Positions 13,339 to 27,094 of a stretch of 64,000 nt of DNA are shown here, one piece after another (position 1 is the first letter of the stretch; each line of letters begins with the position of its first letter). The stretch is from Octopus vulgaris (Eukaryota). Made by a program: the position numbers and the translations under genes. The stretch spans positions 74,214,001 to 74,278,000 of the forward strand of contig OX597815.1 in NCBI GenBank assembly GCA_951406725.2. Direction: 5' to 3'. Under the pieces are notes generated by a model. That model made no database searches, was not told the DNA's origin, and saw only the letters and a list, made by a program, of their open reading frames with translations.

Positions 13339-14359
13339 GATTATGTCTTCCATTCATGTAGACCATACAAAGATTGGAAAACTGGATCAAAAACTGCAAG
13401 GAATTTGGTCTGATATTTTTATAGTTTGGTCAATCCAATAACCTGAGGGTGTATTTTTTCATCAACCCTGAAAAGTAAAGTTGACCTCAGTGGACATTCT
13501 GTCCCCTGCTCTAATAATTCTACCATTTCTCTGCTATGAAAGGATTAAGAATTTTTTTCACTCTCACAACAGTCACAAGCAAAATATATTCTCCCTGTGA
13601 AACATCATTCCAAAATAGTTACTCATTCCTCAACATTTTTATATTCAGTCCTTCATTGTTACATATGCTTGTATTTATACTTTTGTTTTTATCATGTTTT
13701 TCTTTTAAATCTATTTATGGTCTAGAACTCAGTTATTTAAAACATACATTCAAAGGACATCATTCTTGACTAACACTGAGATAATGATGATTAATATCTT
13801 TCAATGACACAACTGAGTGGTCCATATGACTTCTGTTGAATAGCATAAACTCAGCTTGAGAAACATGTGCAAGGATAAGGAATCTCGTACATTTGTTACA
13901 TTTATTCTTTCTAATTTAAAAAATATTTAATGGTTTAGTCAGAGAAGAATGGGAGGTAGTTATTCTTAGACTAAAAATCTGATCTGAATATCTACAAAAT
14001 TCAACAGACTTCCACATAGTTTTTGACTTCCAAAGTTCACTCATAAGGCTTTAGTTGACCAGAGGCTGTGGTTAAAAAGTATTTTAACCATTGTCTTACC
14101 TATTATAATAATATGCATATCTGTTACATTGATAATTAATTATTTTTTAATAATCACTCTTTATCTGTTTTAAAGCATGAACATTTTTTTTTAAAGTTCT
14201 AGATTAAGCAAGAAAAAAGTCTTTATGCAAAACATATTTTCTTATTGTCTTGACATGTTCAAGGTCATATTATCATAATTTTTAGAATAATAAAAATAAA
14301 CTATTTTAATGATTAAGAATATTTGTAATAATATTTGGTATTTAGCAATCTGTTTTTAG

Positions 14360-14775
14360 GAGTAGGTTTGGCTGTATGATTAAGAAATTTGCTTCCTAAT
14401 CATGAGGTTTCAGATTCAGTGTTGTTGCTTGGCACTTTGGGCAAGTGTCTTCTGCTACATCACTGGGCTGACCAAAAAGGCTTTGTGAGCAAATTTAGTA
14501 GATGGAAACTGAAAGAAACCCCCTGTGTGTGTGTGTGTCTCTCTCTCTCTCTCATCTTGACATTACATGAAAGTTGTAAAGGAGCATCATTGTTATACAA
14601 GTGGTGTCTGTTTCCAGTCTTACATGGAAACCTGTCAAGCTATGGGGAAATAATACCTTCTTTGGAAATAGGATAGGGCTAGCAACAAGAACAGAATCTA
14701 ACCCTAGAAAATCTGCTTCAACAAATTCTGCATGAATCATGCAAGCATAGAAGAGTGGACATAAAATGATGATGT
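14360..14775 (+). mobile_element. SINE family A with RTE-like (GAT)n tail
   Basis: Head + (TG)n + ...ggaaataggatagggctag...catgcaagcatagaagagtggacataaaatgatgatg. Confidence 0.7.
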
Positions 14776-15672
14776 TTATATTAAGTCCTCATATAGTTTT
14801 AAAAACCAGCCTGTCTATTTTTAAATCTTCCCTGAAAATATGGAAGATTAATTTAATTCAAAGCTACTTATTCCTCAAATCAAATTCTCTTCTTCCAGTT
14901 ATCAACTCCTTTTGTACCTTCTTAATTTCCCTCTATTCAATTTTTATTATCAGTTGTGCATTTTTTTCATTTCCACATATTTGATATAGTTTCATATCTT
15001 CATAAGCTAATAAGGGAGTCCTCTCTTGGTTGGTCAGCCTGGTAGAAATAACAGCCAAATTCCTCTCAAATGATATCCTACCATCTTAAGAGGACATATT
15101 AAATAATGATACATTGATACAAAGACAGTATTCTCATGGCTGGAGTGCTTTGATCATAAATTTGTTTATTCAGAGCTGATTTGGGCCTAAACAACTGCAA
15201 CAAGACATGCTGGTCGTAGCTAGATGACTTTGATCAAAGGTTTGCTTGATCATAACTGATATGGACCTGAACAGTCACAACTTCATGGCTTACTGCCATG
15301 AATTTAACTTGCATGAATTTAACTTTAAGAAATTTAACTGCCTTGAATTTAACTTGCAGCAGTAAGATCAATAGTTTGCAGATCTACTGTGAGATTGTTT
15401 AACAGGCTGCAAGTTATGTAAAATGGTATTTTATTTAATGATGGTGAAGATGGTGGTGGTTGTTATTGTTGTTTCAATTTTTGAGACAAGGCCAGTAATT
15501 TTGGGAAAGAGGTACATTGATTATATCGACCCCCCCCCCCCAGTGGTCAAATGATGCCTAAAGGATGAAAGTCAAAGTCAGCCTTACAGAATTTGAACTC
15601 AGGATGTAAAGATGAATGAACTGCTGCTAAGCATTTTGTCTAGTGTGCTAATGATTCAGCCACTTCACCACC

Positions 15673-15705
<33 letters not shown>

Positions 15706-16446
15706 TTAATAATAATAATATTCCTTTCTCCCTGAGCATTCGAAAATGTAAACATCCTTTTCATTGCAAAAACACTACTGTATTCTCTAACTGGATAGAC
15801 AAACCAACATCTCAAGAAAACTTAAAAACTTTGATATATTAAATTTTGTATGAAACTTTTCCCTGACTACCCAAATATGTAAACATAACTTTTATTGCAA
15901 CAACACAATTGAATTGAGAAACTAAAAAAAATAATCAACAACGTGAATATAGTGTGTGTATGTTTTCTCTACCAGTAATTACAAATAGAACAAGTTGAAT
16001 TGCTTCTTCTCAGAGGCAAGGTCAGCATTCCTAGTGGTTGCTGATAGTAGTAAACACATTTGACCTCTGCTGACCCAAAGGGTGTGAAGATTCTTTTGTC
16101 TCTACGGCTGACCTCCCCACCAACTGTAGAATTTGATCTATTCACCAAGTTGGTACCCCCATTTCTTTCAACAACCACATATTTATAATTATCTGTACAA
16201 GACAAAAGTTGAAAGTAAAGAACATTTAACAAAATTTTTTAATAATAAATGGAAATAGTAATAATGATAATAACAGTGGTAGTGGTGGTGGTAACGATAA
16301 AAATAAAAATAATGATAATATGCTACAGCTGCTAATACTATTAATACTACAAATACTACAACTACTACTATTCTGATAGCATAAGAATCTGAGGCCCAAA
16401 CAATAATACTAGTGATATCAGTGATAATAATAATAATAATAATAAT

Positions 16447-19400
16447 GAAAGGAGCTGGTGAAGTCTCCCTGAGCCTCCCCATGTCCTGATTAATGATACA
16501 TCTATTGATGGTGTCACAATAAAAACACTGGTAATTGCACAACCTGATAATCGCTACCTCATATGAGTGACAATGAATAAACAAGATATTGTGAATAATG
16601 GTGGTAATGAAACTGAAGCCATTGATGGTGACAGTGTTGCACCTGGTAGGCTCAGAGATTCTGGCCTGGCTCCAGCCTGTCGATATCCAGACATGGCATA
16701 GATGGAGCAAGCAAATTAATGCTGTGGTCATGGAGTGTTACTATCTGAGCAACCCGGTAGATGAAAATGGTGCTCAAATTAGTGGTTAAAAAAATCATTG
16801 GTTCACAGAAGTAGATCTTGAAGCTATCAAGAGATGGGTCTTGGAAAATAGCAGCAGAGATAACAATGAAAATGCAGTACTTACTAATAAGAGTAATCTC
16901 TTGGCACAAGAAAGGAACAGTGGCAGTTTACTTGATGAGAGACATGTAGATGATCTAAATGAAGACAATAAAAATAATGGCGACATGACAGATAAACAAA
17001 AGGCAATCTATGACAGAATAAAGTTAAGACTATAAGAGAATGATAGCAACATTATTTGCAACCTTTAAAGGGTTGATCGCTGGAAATTGAGCCAAGAAAC
17101 GAAAAATGTCAATGAAATTCTGAAATACATCAGAACAAACATCACAGAAACAAATAATTTGATCAAGGCAGCAAGTATTGTTGTGGTAGAAAACGTGAGT
17201 GTTGATGTCAAGAAAAAGAAACATGAGTGGCAAAAGAAAATATCCATGGTGGAAAAGAAGAACCCAGGCAGGGTTAGACATGCTCTCAAAGGAAATTTCT
17301 GTGTTAGACCAAAAAGAGAAAGGGGAGCTTCAAAGCGAACAAAAATACAGGGCCCTGAAAAGGAAGTATAATATTGAAAGAAAGGGCCTGAAAGTAGTAG
17401 TGGAAGAACTGAAACAGCACCTTGTTGCAAAGAAAGCAAAGATGGTAAGATTCGATCAAAGAATGGTTACCACCAGAATAGGTTATTCAGAGTAAATCAG
17501 AAGAGATTCTATAAAGAAATAAATGGAAAGTGTACAAATGAAAAGTTAATACCAGATAACAATGAAAGTCAAAAGTTTTGGAGTGACGTCTGGAGCAAAG
17601 ACAAGGAGAACAAGAAGGATGCTGAATGGTTGCAAGAACTGAAACAAACAGTAGTCTGTCCAAAACAGGCAGAACTAGTCATTTCAGTTATGGAAGTGAA
17701 GGAAATCAGCAAAAAAAAATGAGGAACTGGAAGGCTCCGGGACCAAAGCTACTGGATCAAAAGATTTGGCGAATGTCGTGCATGAATAGCTGCACAACTC
17801 AACACCTTGTTAAATGCCAACCAAGTAATAACACAGCAGTTGACGTTGAGTAGGGCAGTGCTGTGTTTGTAAAACATCGAAAAAGGCAATACAATAGACA
17901 ATTATAGGCAGATATCCTGTCTGCCACTTATGTGGAAATTATTGACTGGAATACTCACAAAGTTAATGTATGAACATCTGGAAAAAAAATGGAGTCCTAC
18001 CACATGAGCAGAACAGGTGCAAGTGCAGAGGTACCAAGGATCAACTCCTGATAGACAAAACTGTACTTAGAGACTGCAAGAAGAGGAAAAGTAACTAAGC
18101 CATGTCATGGATTGACTATCGTAAGGCATACGATGTGATCCCACACTGTTGTATTATGGAGTGTATGAACCTATTTGGTATTGCATCGAATGTTGAGCGA
18201 TTGCTTGGAAAAAGTATGGCAAATTGGAGGACGGATGTAACAGCATATGGAAGAAGTTTAGGTACAGTAGAAGTTAGGGGGGGCATCTTCCAAGGGGACT
18301 GCCTGTCCCCACTGATCTTTGTACTGTGCTTGATACCACTAACACTGTTACTGAGGAAAGCAAAAGCTGGGTATGTATTCAAATGCCGCCAACCATTTGT
18401 TATTCATGGATGACCTCAAACTTCATGGTAAAGATAAAGCCCAAGTCAGTTCTTTCGTTGATACGGTGTATACTTTCATTGATGATATCAGAATGGAGTT
18501 TGGACTGAGAAAGTGTGGTGTGTTAGTCTTGATGAGAGGCAAAATCAAATGTATGGGCGGGCTATTGATATCGTTGGGAGAGGTTATGAAGCAGATAGAA
18601 GAGATGGGCTTATAAGTACTTGGGGATTTTGGAAATGGACAAATTGATGGAGAAAGAAATGATAGAAAAATTTAAGGTGGAGTACTTGTGCAGACTGAGA
18701 CTGATCCTTAGGTCAAAATTAAACGGACGGAATAAGATTGAACCTGGGCAGTTACACTCATTAGATAAGGAGCAGGGGTAATCGCATGGACAGTAGATGA
18801 ACTAAACAGCTTAGACAGAAAGACAAGGAAGTTGCTAACTAGATATGGGACACTTCACCCAAAAAGTAACACAGACAAACTATATGTACCACGAAAAAAA
18901 GGGGGGAAGTGGACTTATTGGAGGTGAACATAGCATTAGAGCAGAAGAAAACAACATAGCATGGTATTTAAAATATGTCACAGAACTGCTATTATTTGAA
19001 GTAAAAAGGTTAGGCTTGTGTAGGATGGAAGATTGCAAAGATAAAGCACTGTACAAGCACTTGAGAATGAATGAAACTGAAAATAAGTGGATAAAGAAAA
19101 GAATACATGGACAATTTCATAGGGATATTGAAGATAAGACAGACAGAGAAAAAAGATGGCTGTGGATGACTAATGGTGATTTAAAACCAGAAACGAAGGC
19201 TCTAATCTGTGCTGCCCAAGAGCAAGCAATAAGAACAAACTACATAAAATACAGAGTAGACAACACATCAGAAAGTGATGTGCAGAATCTGTGGACAAAA
19301 TGATGAAACTGTATGGCATATTACCAGCCAATGTATGCCACTAGCCTAGAAGGAATATAAGAGATGCCACGACAATATAGCAAGGCTTGTTCATTGGACA

Positions 19401-19900
19401 CTTTGCAACAAGTATGGACTTGACAGAGAAGAAAATTAGTACGAACACAAACCTGAAGGCATCATTGAAAATGATAATGCAAAGATCCTGTGGGATTTTA
19501 TGATTCAGTGCAACCATGAGATAGAGAATAGGAAACCAAACTATGCTGGATCATAGATATAGCATGCCCAGCTGACAACAAGGTATGTAATAAGGAAGAA
19601 AGAAAAGTCGATAGGAATGACAGGTTAGCTTGGGAGGTAAAGCAGTTGTGGTTGATGAAAAAAGGTGGTAGTGGTACCAATAATTGTTGGAGCCTTGGGA
19701 ACAGTGAGTAAAAATCTCAAGAAGTACATGGAACAAATAGGGGCTGCAACAAGGGTGGAGCACTTGCAGAAAACAGCATTGCTTGGAACCATTCGAATAC
19801 TCTGGAAGGTGCTCAAAAAATAAGAGGTGTTACCTTAGTTCACTGGTAGTGAACAGCTGACACTGCAGTACATCTCCAGTGTTAGAAGCTGTGCAAAGGC
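16447..19900 (+). mobile_element. R4/Dong-clade non-LTR retrotransposon (RT + CCHC + restriction-like endonuclease), near full length, inactivated
   Basis: Flanked on both sides by (TAA)n (16424-16446 and 19901-19938). ORF pieces: WSKQINAVVMECYYLSNP (R4-type N-terminus), NWKAPGP, WIDYRKAYD, GIFQGDCLSPL, NHLLFMDDLKL (FMDD at 18403-18414), CRICGQNDETVWHITSQC (19281-19334), RCHD, IIDIACP...KEERK, LQKTALLGT. Confidence 0.92.
16598..19823 (+). pseudogene. Disrupted single ORF of the R4/Dong element
   Basis: The homologous segments are split over at least 8 ORF-track entries in all three frames, with in-frame stops and frameshifts. Confidence 0.85.
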
Positions 19901-19942
<42 letters not shown>

Positions 19943-20245
19943 GGGCAAGGCAAAAATCTTTTGGTTAAGAAAGTTAAAACTCTTAAGCTTATCAATATAT
20001 GTTGGGTTTGGATCCCCCATTATGTTTATTTCCTGACTCAGCAGATTGTACCAGGATGGTATTTAGCTCCAAAAATAGAAAGAAAAAAAAGGAAGAAAAA
20101 AACCCCATCATTCTACATTTTCATGGTCTAGTTAACTTGTATATTGTTACTTTGTTGATAAATATTAAATAGACACAATTAACCAGTAAAATATAGTTGT
20201 TCAATGAAGTTGATAACTGACAATAATTTTTGCTTTGTTTTGTAG

Positions 20246-20292
20246 TTGGACATTGTTCTGATTAGAAAATCTTTTGATGAAATCTCTATGAG
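20246..20292 (+). CDS. Candidate 47-nt exon (phase 0 to 2), LDIVLIRKSFDEISM; ATG at 20288 could be a start
   Basis: Acceptor tttttgctttgttttgtag| (with UGC), donor GAG|gttagg. Frame 0 is open and ends in phase 2, matching the 33-nt exon. Confidence 0.45.
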
Positions 20293-21295
20293 GTTAGGTT
20301 GACCACAAAGTTATAACAATTCTTATTCAGATATTCATAAAGTGCATCCATGCATGTAGAGAAGACTGATTGTTAAAAAAGTTATGACATTCTCTGTTTA
20401 GTCATTCTGTCATTAGACTTTCAAATCTAATGAATTGGTCTTTGTTTTGAGCTAAATGTGTACACACACACACATACATGCATACACACAAACACTGGAC
20501 TCACAAGAAATAATATGATTCAGTTTTTAAATATTTATATTTAGTGATTGTAACTTGGAAATTAGAACCAAAAGACAACCAGCCAACAACTATTATGAAA
20601 GCTTGGTGGACTTATTTCATTGTTGCTTTGATATTAGTATTAAGCACATGACATGCGGCTATGGGATAGATCTGTTTCTACTATTATCCTGTAAAAAGCA
20701 TTAAATCTAAAATTCAGACCATAAACTGTGCTACGTTCTGTGTTTATTTTCTTGCAAAAATAGCTTTAGAATTTGGGCAAATAACAAAAACTACTTAAAT
20801 AAGAATGAAATGAAATTCGTTGATATTTGCTACCTTTGATAATTTGTTTTGAGATTTGTTGTCCAAATGATATGCAGTCTGACAAATCTAAATTACATCA
20901 GCATGGAAAAAAAAACAACATTGGCATTAAAATAACAATGATGATGATTGCAGTGGCATTGATAATCAGCATCGTCCCACATGTTCTAGTGTCAGTATTC
21001 ATTCAATTCTTGGGAACTTCAGTTTTTAAAAGAAATAATGCAATATATATGAGGTTCTGTAGACAAGAGAGTTTGATATTTCAAGAGCAGAAATAAACCA
21101 AGGGAATCTTTATTTACAATAGCTTGATTAGGTCTTAAGGAAATTAGATAAGTAGAAAAATTACAGAGAAAATGAGAGACTGTTGTATAGGCTGGTCTAT
21201 AGATTTATTCTACCAATATTATTATTTTGATTACTAATGGAAATTCAGTTGAAAAAGTAGATGGCATTAAAATAAACTGGAAAAACAATACCCTG

Positions 21296-21347
21296 AGTGG
21301 GGTCAGTAAGCCAATAATAAACACACAGTGGTTTTATTTCACTTCTT

Positions 21348-21401
<54 letters not shown>

Positions 21402-21669
21402 GTCAACTAATTAGCCATTTAACCAATTAGCTAATTGATTGTTTGATTAATTGCTTAGTCAATTAGCTAGGTTTCTCAAAGGGCATGTAATTGATGAGGT
21501 TGCAAATGGTGGTGCAAGGACTTTGATAAACCTGATTGATTGATTGACCAAATGATTAATCGAAGAATTGATTAGTTAATTGTTTAAATGGTTAATGAAT
21601 TGACAAATAAAAATAAAGAAGTGAAATAGAACCAGTGCATGTGTTTATTATTAGCATAATGACTCTCTT
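21296..21669. repeat. Fold-back (long inverted repeat) element with an (ATT)n expansion in the left arm
   Basis: 21309-21349 pairs with 21612-21655, and 21401-21481 pairs with 21521-21607. The loop is about 39 nt. Confidence 0.75.
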
Positions 21670-21937
21670 GAAATATAACACCTGTTTCAACATGAATTCA
21701 TATTAAGAATCTTGCAAATCAAATACCAGAACAGAATTTTCTCATTTAACTTAGAAAATAGGGTTAAAAATACTAAGCCCTACTTTGAAATAGATTTGGT
21801 TGATAAATTTGAAAGTTTAGAAGTATCTGTAATTTATGGAAATTTTTCTCTGAACTATTGTTTATAAGTTTTGAAACTATGGCAGTGAATACTATTTTAC
21901 ATCTGTGTGTACGTATGTATTTTCATATGTCATCAAG

Positions 21938-22318
21938 TGTAAGCATAGCGGTGTGGTTAAGAAGCTTGCTTTGCAACTATGTGGTTTTGGGTTCAGTCCC
22001 ATTGTGTGATACCTTGAGCAAGTGTCTTCTACTGTAACCTTGGGCTGACCAAAGCCTTGTGAGTGAATTTTGTAGATAGAAACTGTGTGGAAGCCTGTCG
22101 TGTGTGTGTGTGTATGTGTGTGTTTGTGCTGCCACTGCTTGACAACTGGTGTTAGTTTATGTCCCCATAATGTAGTAGTTTGGTGAAAGAGACCAATTGA
22201 ATAAGTATCACACTTAAAAAGAAACAAGTACTGGAGTTGATTTGTTCAACTAAACACTCCAAGGTGGTGCTCCAGTATGGCTGCAGTCCAATGACTACAT
22301 CAAGTAAAAGATAAAAAA
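21938..22318 (+). mobile_element. SINE family A with the alternative tail (...ggtggtgctccagtatggctgcagtc...aagtaaaagataaaa)
   Basis: Collinear with copies at 27965-28335, 40288-40740 and 42320-42700. Confidence 0.72.
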
Positions 22319-23989
22319 TATAGTTTTTGTTTCACTTTGTATTTTCTTCACACTATCATATTTTATTACATTTTTACCATCAAATTTTAAATAGATTTAT
22401 ACAACATCAGCCTCAAGTCTAAAGAAATGATGCTTATTGAAAATATTTGATTTTTTTTTATACTGGTATCGATTCCTGTCTTAGAATGTGAATGTTATAT
22501 GAATAATTACATTGCTTTTAGTCTTTAAAGTAAGATATTTTCATTTATATCATAATTGTTAAAATGTAAATTTGTTCATGCTAATTTCTCATATTTTAAT
22601 GACCTACATTAAATGGTAAATGAGTAATTATCGACAGGGTTATTAACCTCATCTTGTATAATCAATAATTATTTGTTTAATAATCCCTCATCTTAGAAGT
22701 ATGTAAATATAATTACATTAATTGTTGTCAATTTACCATTTAAAAGATCTGACATATACAATTGAGTGAATAAGATAGCGTGAGCAATCAACTCAATCTT
22801 GAATTCAAATCCATTACTAGTTAATGTTTAGTGCTTTAGTTAATTTAATGTTTAGTAATTAATAACAAACTGGTATTATACCCAGGGTGAGATTTATTTC
22901 TCATTTGTTTAACATTATTGGATGAGAAATTTGTTGTATTTTCCACCATTTAGTTAGAATGAAAGTTGGGCACGAATTAATTAGGTTTCTGTTAAAGTGA
23001 GTAATGGATTAAATATAGTATAATATACTATGTTTTCATATAAGTTGTAGGCATAGCTGTGTGGTTGAGAAGCTTGCTTACCAACCATGCAGTCTTAGGT
23101 TCAGTCCCACTTTATAGCAACTCAGGGAAGTGTTGTCAACAAAGCCTGGATTGACCATAGCCTTGTGTGTGGACTTACAGGTGGGAACCGGAAAAAACCC
23201 ATCATGTGTGTATACATATATTGTTGATGCCACTCACCCTGCAGAGGATTGGCCTGCAAGAGCCCTGTGCTGTGCCATTTAAAAAGCCCCTGTGCTGCAC
23301 CATGTAATAATACCTGTTCCAGTGCCACATAGAGACACCTGTGCTGATGCTATGTAAAAAGCACCCAGCACATTCTGTAAAGTGGTTAGCATTATGAAGG
23401 GCATCCAGCCATAGAAACCAATCCAAATCAAACTCGAACCTGTGCAACTCTCCTACTTGCCAGCTCTGAACAAACCATCCCATACCAGCATGGAAAATGG
23501 ACATTAAAAGATGATGATAATGATATGCGTGCCCACCCTCGTATTGACATCATTTGATTATTGTAAATCACAGTCATATAAGTGTTGTTTATTACTTGTC
23601 CATTGTGAAACATTACTTTACTTGGAAACAAGTGAGGGTTGGTGACAAGTAGAGCATCCAGCCATAGAAAATTAGCCTCAACAAATTCCATCCACCCCAC
23701 GCAAGCCTGGTAAAATACATTTTAAAATGATGATGAGAATGTTTTTGTTTTTCCTATTCCAGTGCTGTATGAAGTATACTTGTTGCAGATATAGACAGTA
23801 AGACTTAGTTTGCAGTTTCTAATTTTGTCATTAGCATGAGGTTTAATTTCACAGATGTCACTTCTTATCTCCGAGTTTATTTTAGTAAGATAACAGGAAG
23901 TATAAAAATATCATTCTACTTAGTGACTTAAGGGTTTATTTAACTTGGTAGCAAAAGTGAGACTATTCAGCACAATGTTTCTAAAAATC

Positions 23990-24290
23990 TTTTGATGATT
24001 GCCTTTACATCTTTTCTGCCCACTGTTCCTGAGAGAGTTTTTGGAGTAGAATCCTCAGGTACTTCCTCCATTGGGTGCTTTCAAAAGCAACTGTTGTTAC
24101 ACTTTCCATCTGGATTCTAAGCATGACTAGCTGAGACTATGGATGTTATCCAACCATTCTCATTCATTCATGGTCAACCCTTTGATCTCCTGCTGGTTGG
24201 TTCACCTTGAAGAATCCATCTTGTGCCCCTTTCCTGTGACATTCTAATCACATGCCTGTAGTACTGGAGTTGTGACCACTCATTGCAGAA
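23990..24290 (-). mobile_element. Degenerate RTE-like LINE 3' fragment
   Basis: The minus strand reads approximately LQYYRHV..RMSQERGTRWILQGEPTSRRSKG.P...WLDNI, with frameshifts. Confidence 0.5.
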
Positions 24291-24802
24291 TAGTGGTGGC
24301 TGATCTGCAAGCTACACACACCCTGTAGAGAAACAATACTCCAGAGATAATCATAGATTAGGGAAATTCTAGTAAAGTCTGTTCTATTGGCAAATTAATA
24401 GGGATGAACTATTATATCTTGTTTTTGCTGATTAGTATACCAATATGAATCTTTGTAATCATGTAGATGTCATTGCTAGAGGGAGAGGGAGAAGCTGTTA
24501 AAAATTTCCAGGGATTCATTTAGTATTTTATATGAAATATAATTTTCTTTTTCATTTCATTCAGTTGGGCTATACAAGAAGTGGAGTATTCCATTTTTCA
24601 GAACTGTGTGATACACTTTTATGTTTTTAAGATTTAAGCAACTTGCTGTTTTAAAATTGGAACTTTTGAGACAAGTATCCTGTAGAGTAGCATATTAAAT
24701 TATCAACCAAGTAAATGAGAATGACCTGTTTAACCTATGCTAGCCTGCAAAAATGGAGGTAAAATGAATGAACAGACTACAGACAATTATATAAATTCAT
24801 AA

Positions 24803-25177
24803 GTGCAGACATGGCTGTGTGGTTCAGAAGTTAGCTTCACAACTATGTGGTTTTGGGTTCAGTCCAACTGTCTAGCACCGTAGGTAAATGCCTCTTACTA
24901 TAGCCCCAGGCCAATCAAACCTTGCGAGTGAATTTAGTACATGGAAACTGGAAGACATCTATCATGTGCGTGTACGTGTGCATGCACATACATGCGCACA
25001 CACACACACATACACACAGGACTGCCACACAGTCTATCTACCAAATTCACTCAGAAGGCATTGATCAGTCTGAGGTTACAGCAGAAGACACTTTCCCAAG
25101 GTGACATTCTGTGGGACTGAACCTGAAACCACATAGTTGCAAAGTAAGCTACTTAACCACACAGCCATGTTTGCACC
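24803..25177. mobile_element. Two family-A SINE heads in inverted orientation (24803-24965 +, 25025-25177 -)
   Basis: gtgcagacatggctgtgtggtt... at the left end; ...aaccacacagccatgtttgcac at the right end. Confidence 0.75.
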
Positions 25178-26151
25178 TTACATATCATAAATCTCTCAAA
25201 GCTAGATGTTGCTTGTTGAGTGAAGTAATTTGCTGTGAGAACAATACAAAATAAAGTCAATATTAACTTAGAGGATGAGTTATAATAATTGGATGTGATG
25301 ATGTAAAATAAGAAAAGTTTGAGGCATACTATTGTGTAGATTCATTTAATAGCTGAATTGATAGTTAGATGAGGCAAACACTATTGTTGTCCTTTGCTGT
25401 TCTTGCAATATATTGACTTAAGTACCAACTCGTTTTTAGAAAAAAAAACTTCCTCTATCAGCTATCCAAAAATAATCTTGTTTCAGATTTCTGCAAAGTA
25501 TGATCTAGTTTGGTTGATCAATTTTGGAATCAGTTCAGTCTATTGTCAATCTTAAATTCAAAGTTTCAAATTTATAGATTCTTGTAATTCAGCCTGAAAT
25601 AGCATTATATCTTGAAATAGCATGAGCTAAATTTTGTCGAGGAAAGAATTACATATTGTCTTCAATCTGCTAACTATCAAAGTAAATTGATTTTTATTTA
25701 TACATTTTATTACAGGTATAGCTGTGTGATTAAGCAGCTTGCTTTTCAACTAGATGGTTTTGGGTTCAGTTCTGGGGTTGATTTGTTCAACTAAAACCCT
25801 TCAAGGTGGTACCTCAGCATGGCTGCCATCCAATGATAGAAATAAGATAGTTCAGTAATTTTTTTTAAAAACTTGCTATTAACAGCCAGCTCATATATTC
25901 TCCTCATAGCATTTGAAGTAGTCATTCTGTTGGATTATGGCAATTTGTTTTGCTATTAAATAATAGTTTAATCACTTATAATTTCTAACATAGTTAAAAT
26001 AATAGTTTAATCACTTATAATTTCTAAACATAAGCTTATAGTTACTAACGCAATCTATCTAGATTAGTCTAAAAATTTAATCCAACACTTGCAGTTCTAA
26101 GATGTTCCTGAATAATGTGCTTGAGAATTGATACTTTTACTGTTCTCTAGA

Positions 26152-26154
<3 letters not shown>

Positions 26155-26199
<45 letters not shown>
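26155..26199. repeat. (AT)n microsatellite
   Basis: Direct reading. Others at about 28710-28740, 29873-29903, 58876-58920 and 59606-59640. Confidence 0.9.
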
Positions 26200-26200
<1 letters not shown>

Positions 26201-27094
26201 TTGGGTTAATATGAAATTTAAGTATTTATATCTATAGTGTGTACACACACACACACAATATATATATTTTGTGCATACCACCCTTTCAAGCTGTCTTTTG
26301 GTTATATGTACTATTCTCTTGTGTGCTACTTTTCAACTTCAAAATAAATGAAAAGAAAAAAAAATGGTTAAAAGTAACTTCTATAAATTTTCACATGTGA
26401 ATTTTTCACATTTTGTTCTTACACACACACACACACACACACACGTAGTCTTCAAGCTAGCCTTTATTGTTATGCAGGAATAAGTGCTAATTACCAACCG
26501 TCCCTCTATCATACCTTAACCTCTCCTTACCTGGCATATAGCCACCTCCCTCAATATTAGTCCCCTACCTCAGTGGAGGGGTGTTGCCCTGTGAGTTATT
26601 TGGTGACCCCTTTGGGACTGGTGCCACATAAAATAATGCTGTGCTCTCTGTAAAGGTGGTTGCTGAAAGGAAGGGCATCCAGCTATAGAAACCTTGCAGA
26701 CATTGGAGTGTACCACAGCTGCTGTCAAACCATCCAACCCCTCTCAGTATCGAAACAGACATCATATAGTGATGATGATGATTTTGTGTGTGTGTGTGTG
26801 TGTGTATTTTACCTTCACCGCTCCTTTGCTTGACAACTGGTGTTAGTTCGTTTACATCCTTGTAACTTGCAGTTCAAGAGGAGACCCAGAGAGTAAGTAA
26901 CAGACATTTTATACATGTGTGTATGTGTGATATATATATATATATATATATATAAACATCAACGATGCAGAAATGACTTACTCAGAGGGAATTTAAAGGC
27001 AATGTAATGCAAGGGTAGAGTAAAGGCAATCTATAAATCAGGTACTCTAAATCAGTCAGAAGTACATAGAGGGCCCATGTAAGCATGCAGTAAA

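Noticed and set aside
16189-16731. 180-aa minus-strand ORF
   Set aside because: Antisense to the Dong 5' end plus trinucleotide low-complexity sequence.
25700-25722. ttttattacag|gtatag as a recursive site
   Set aside because: The GT part is the start of a SINE head and the donor is weak.
25958-26032. About 38-bp direct duplication (also short arrays at 8150-8196 and 15298-15357)
   Set aside because: Ordinary local slippage with no sign of function.
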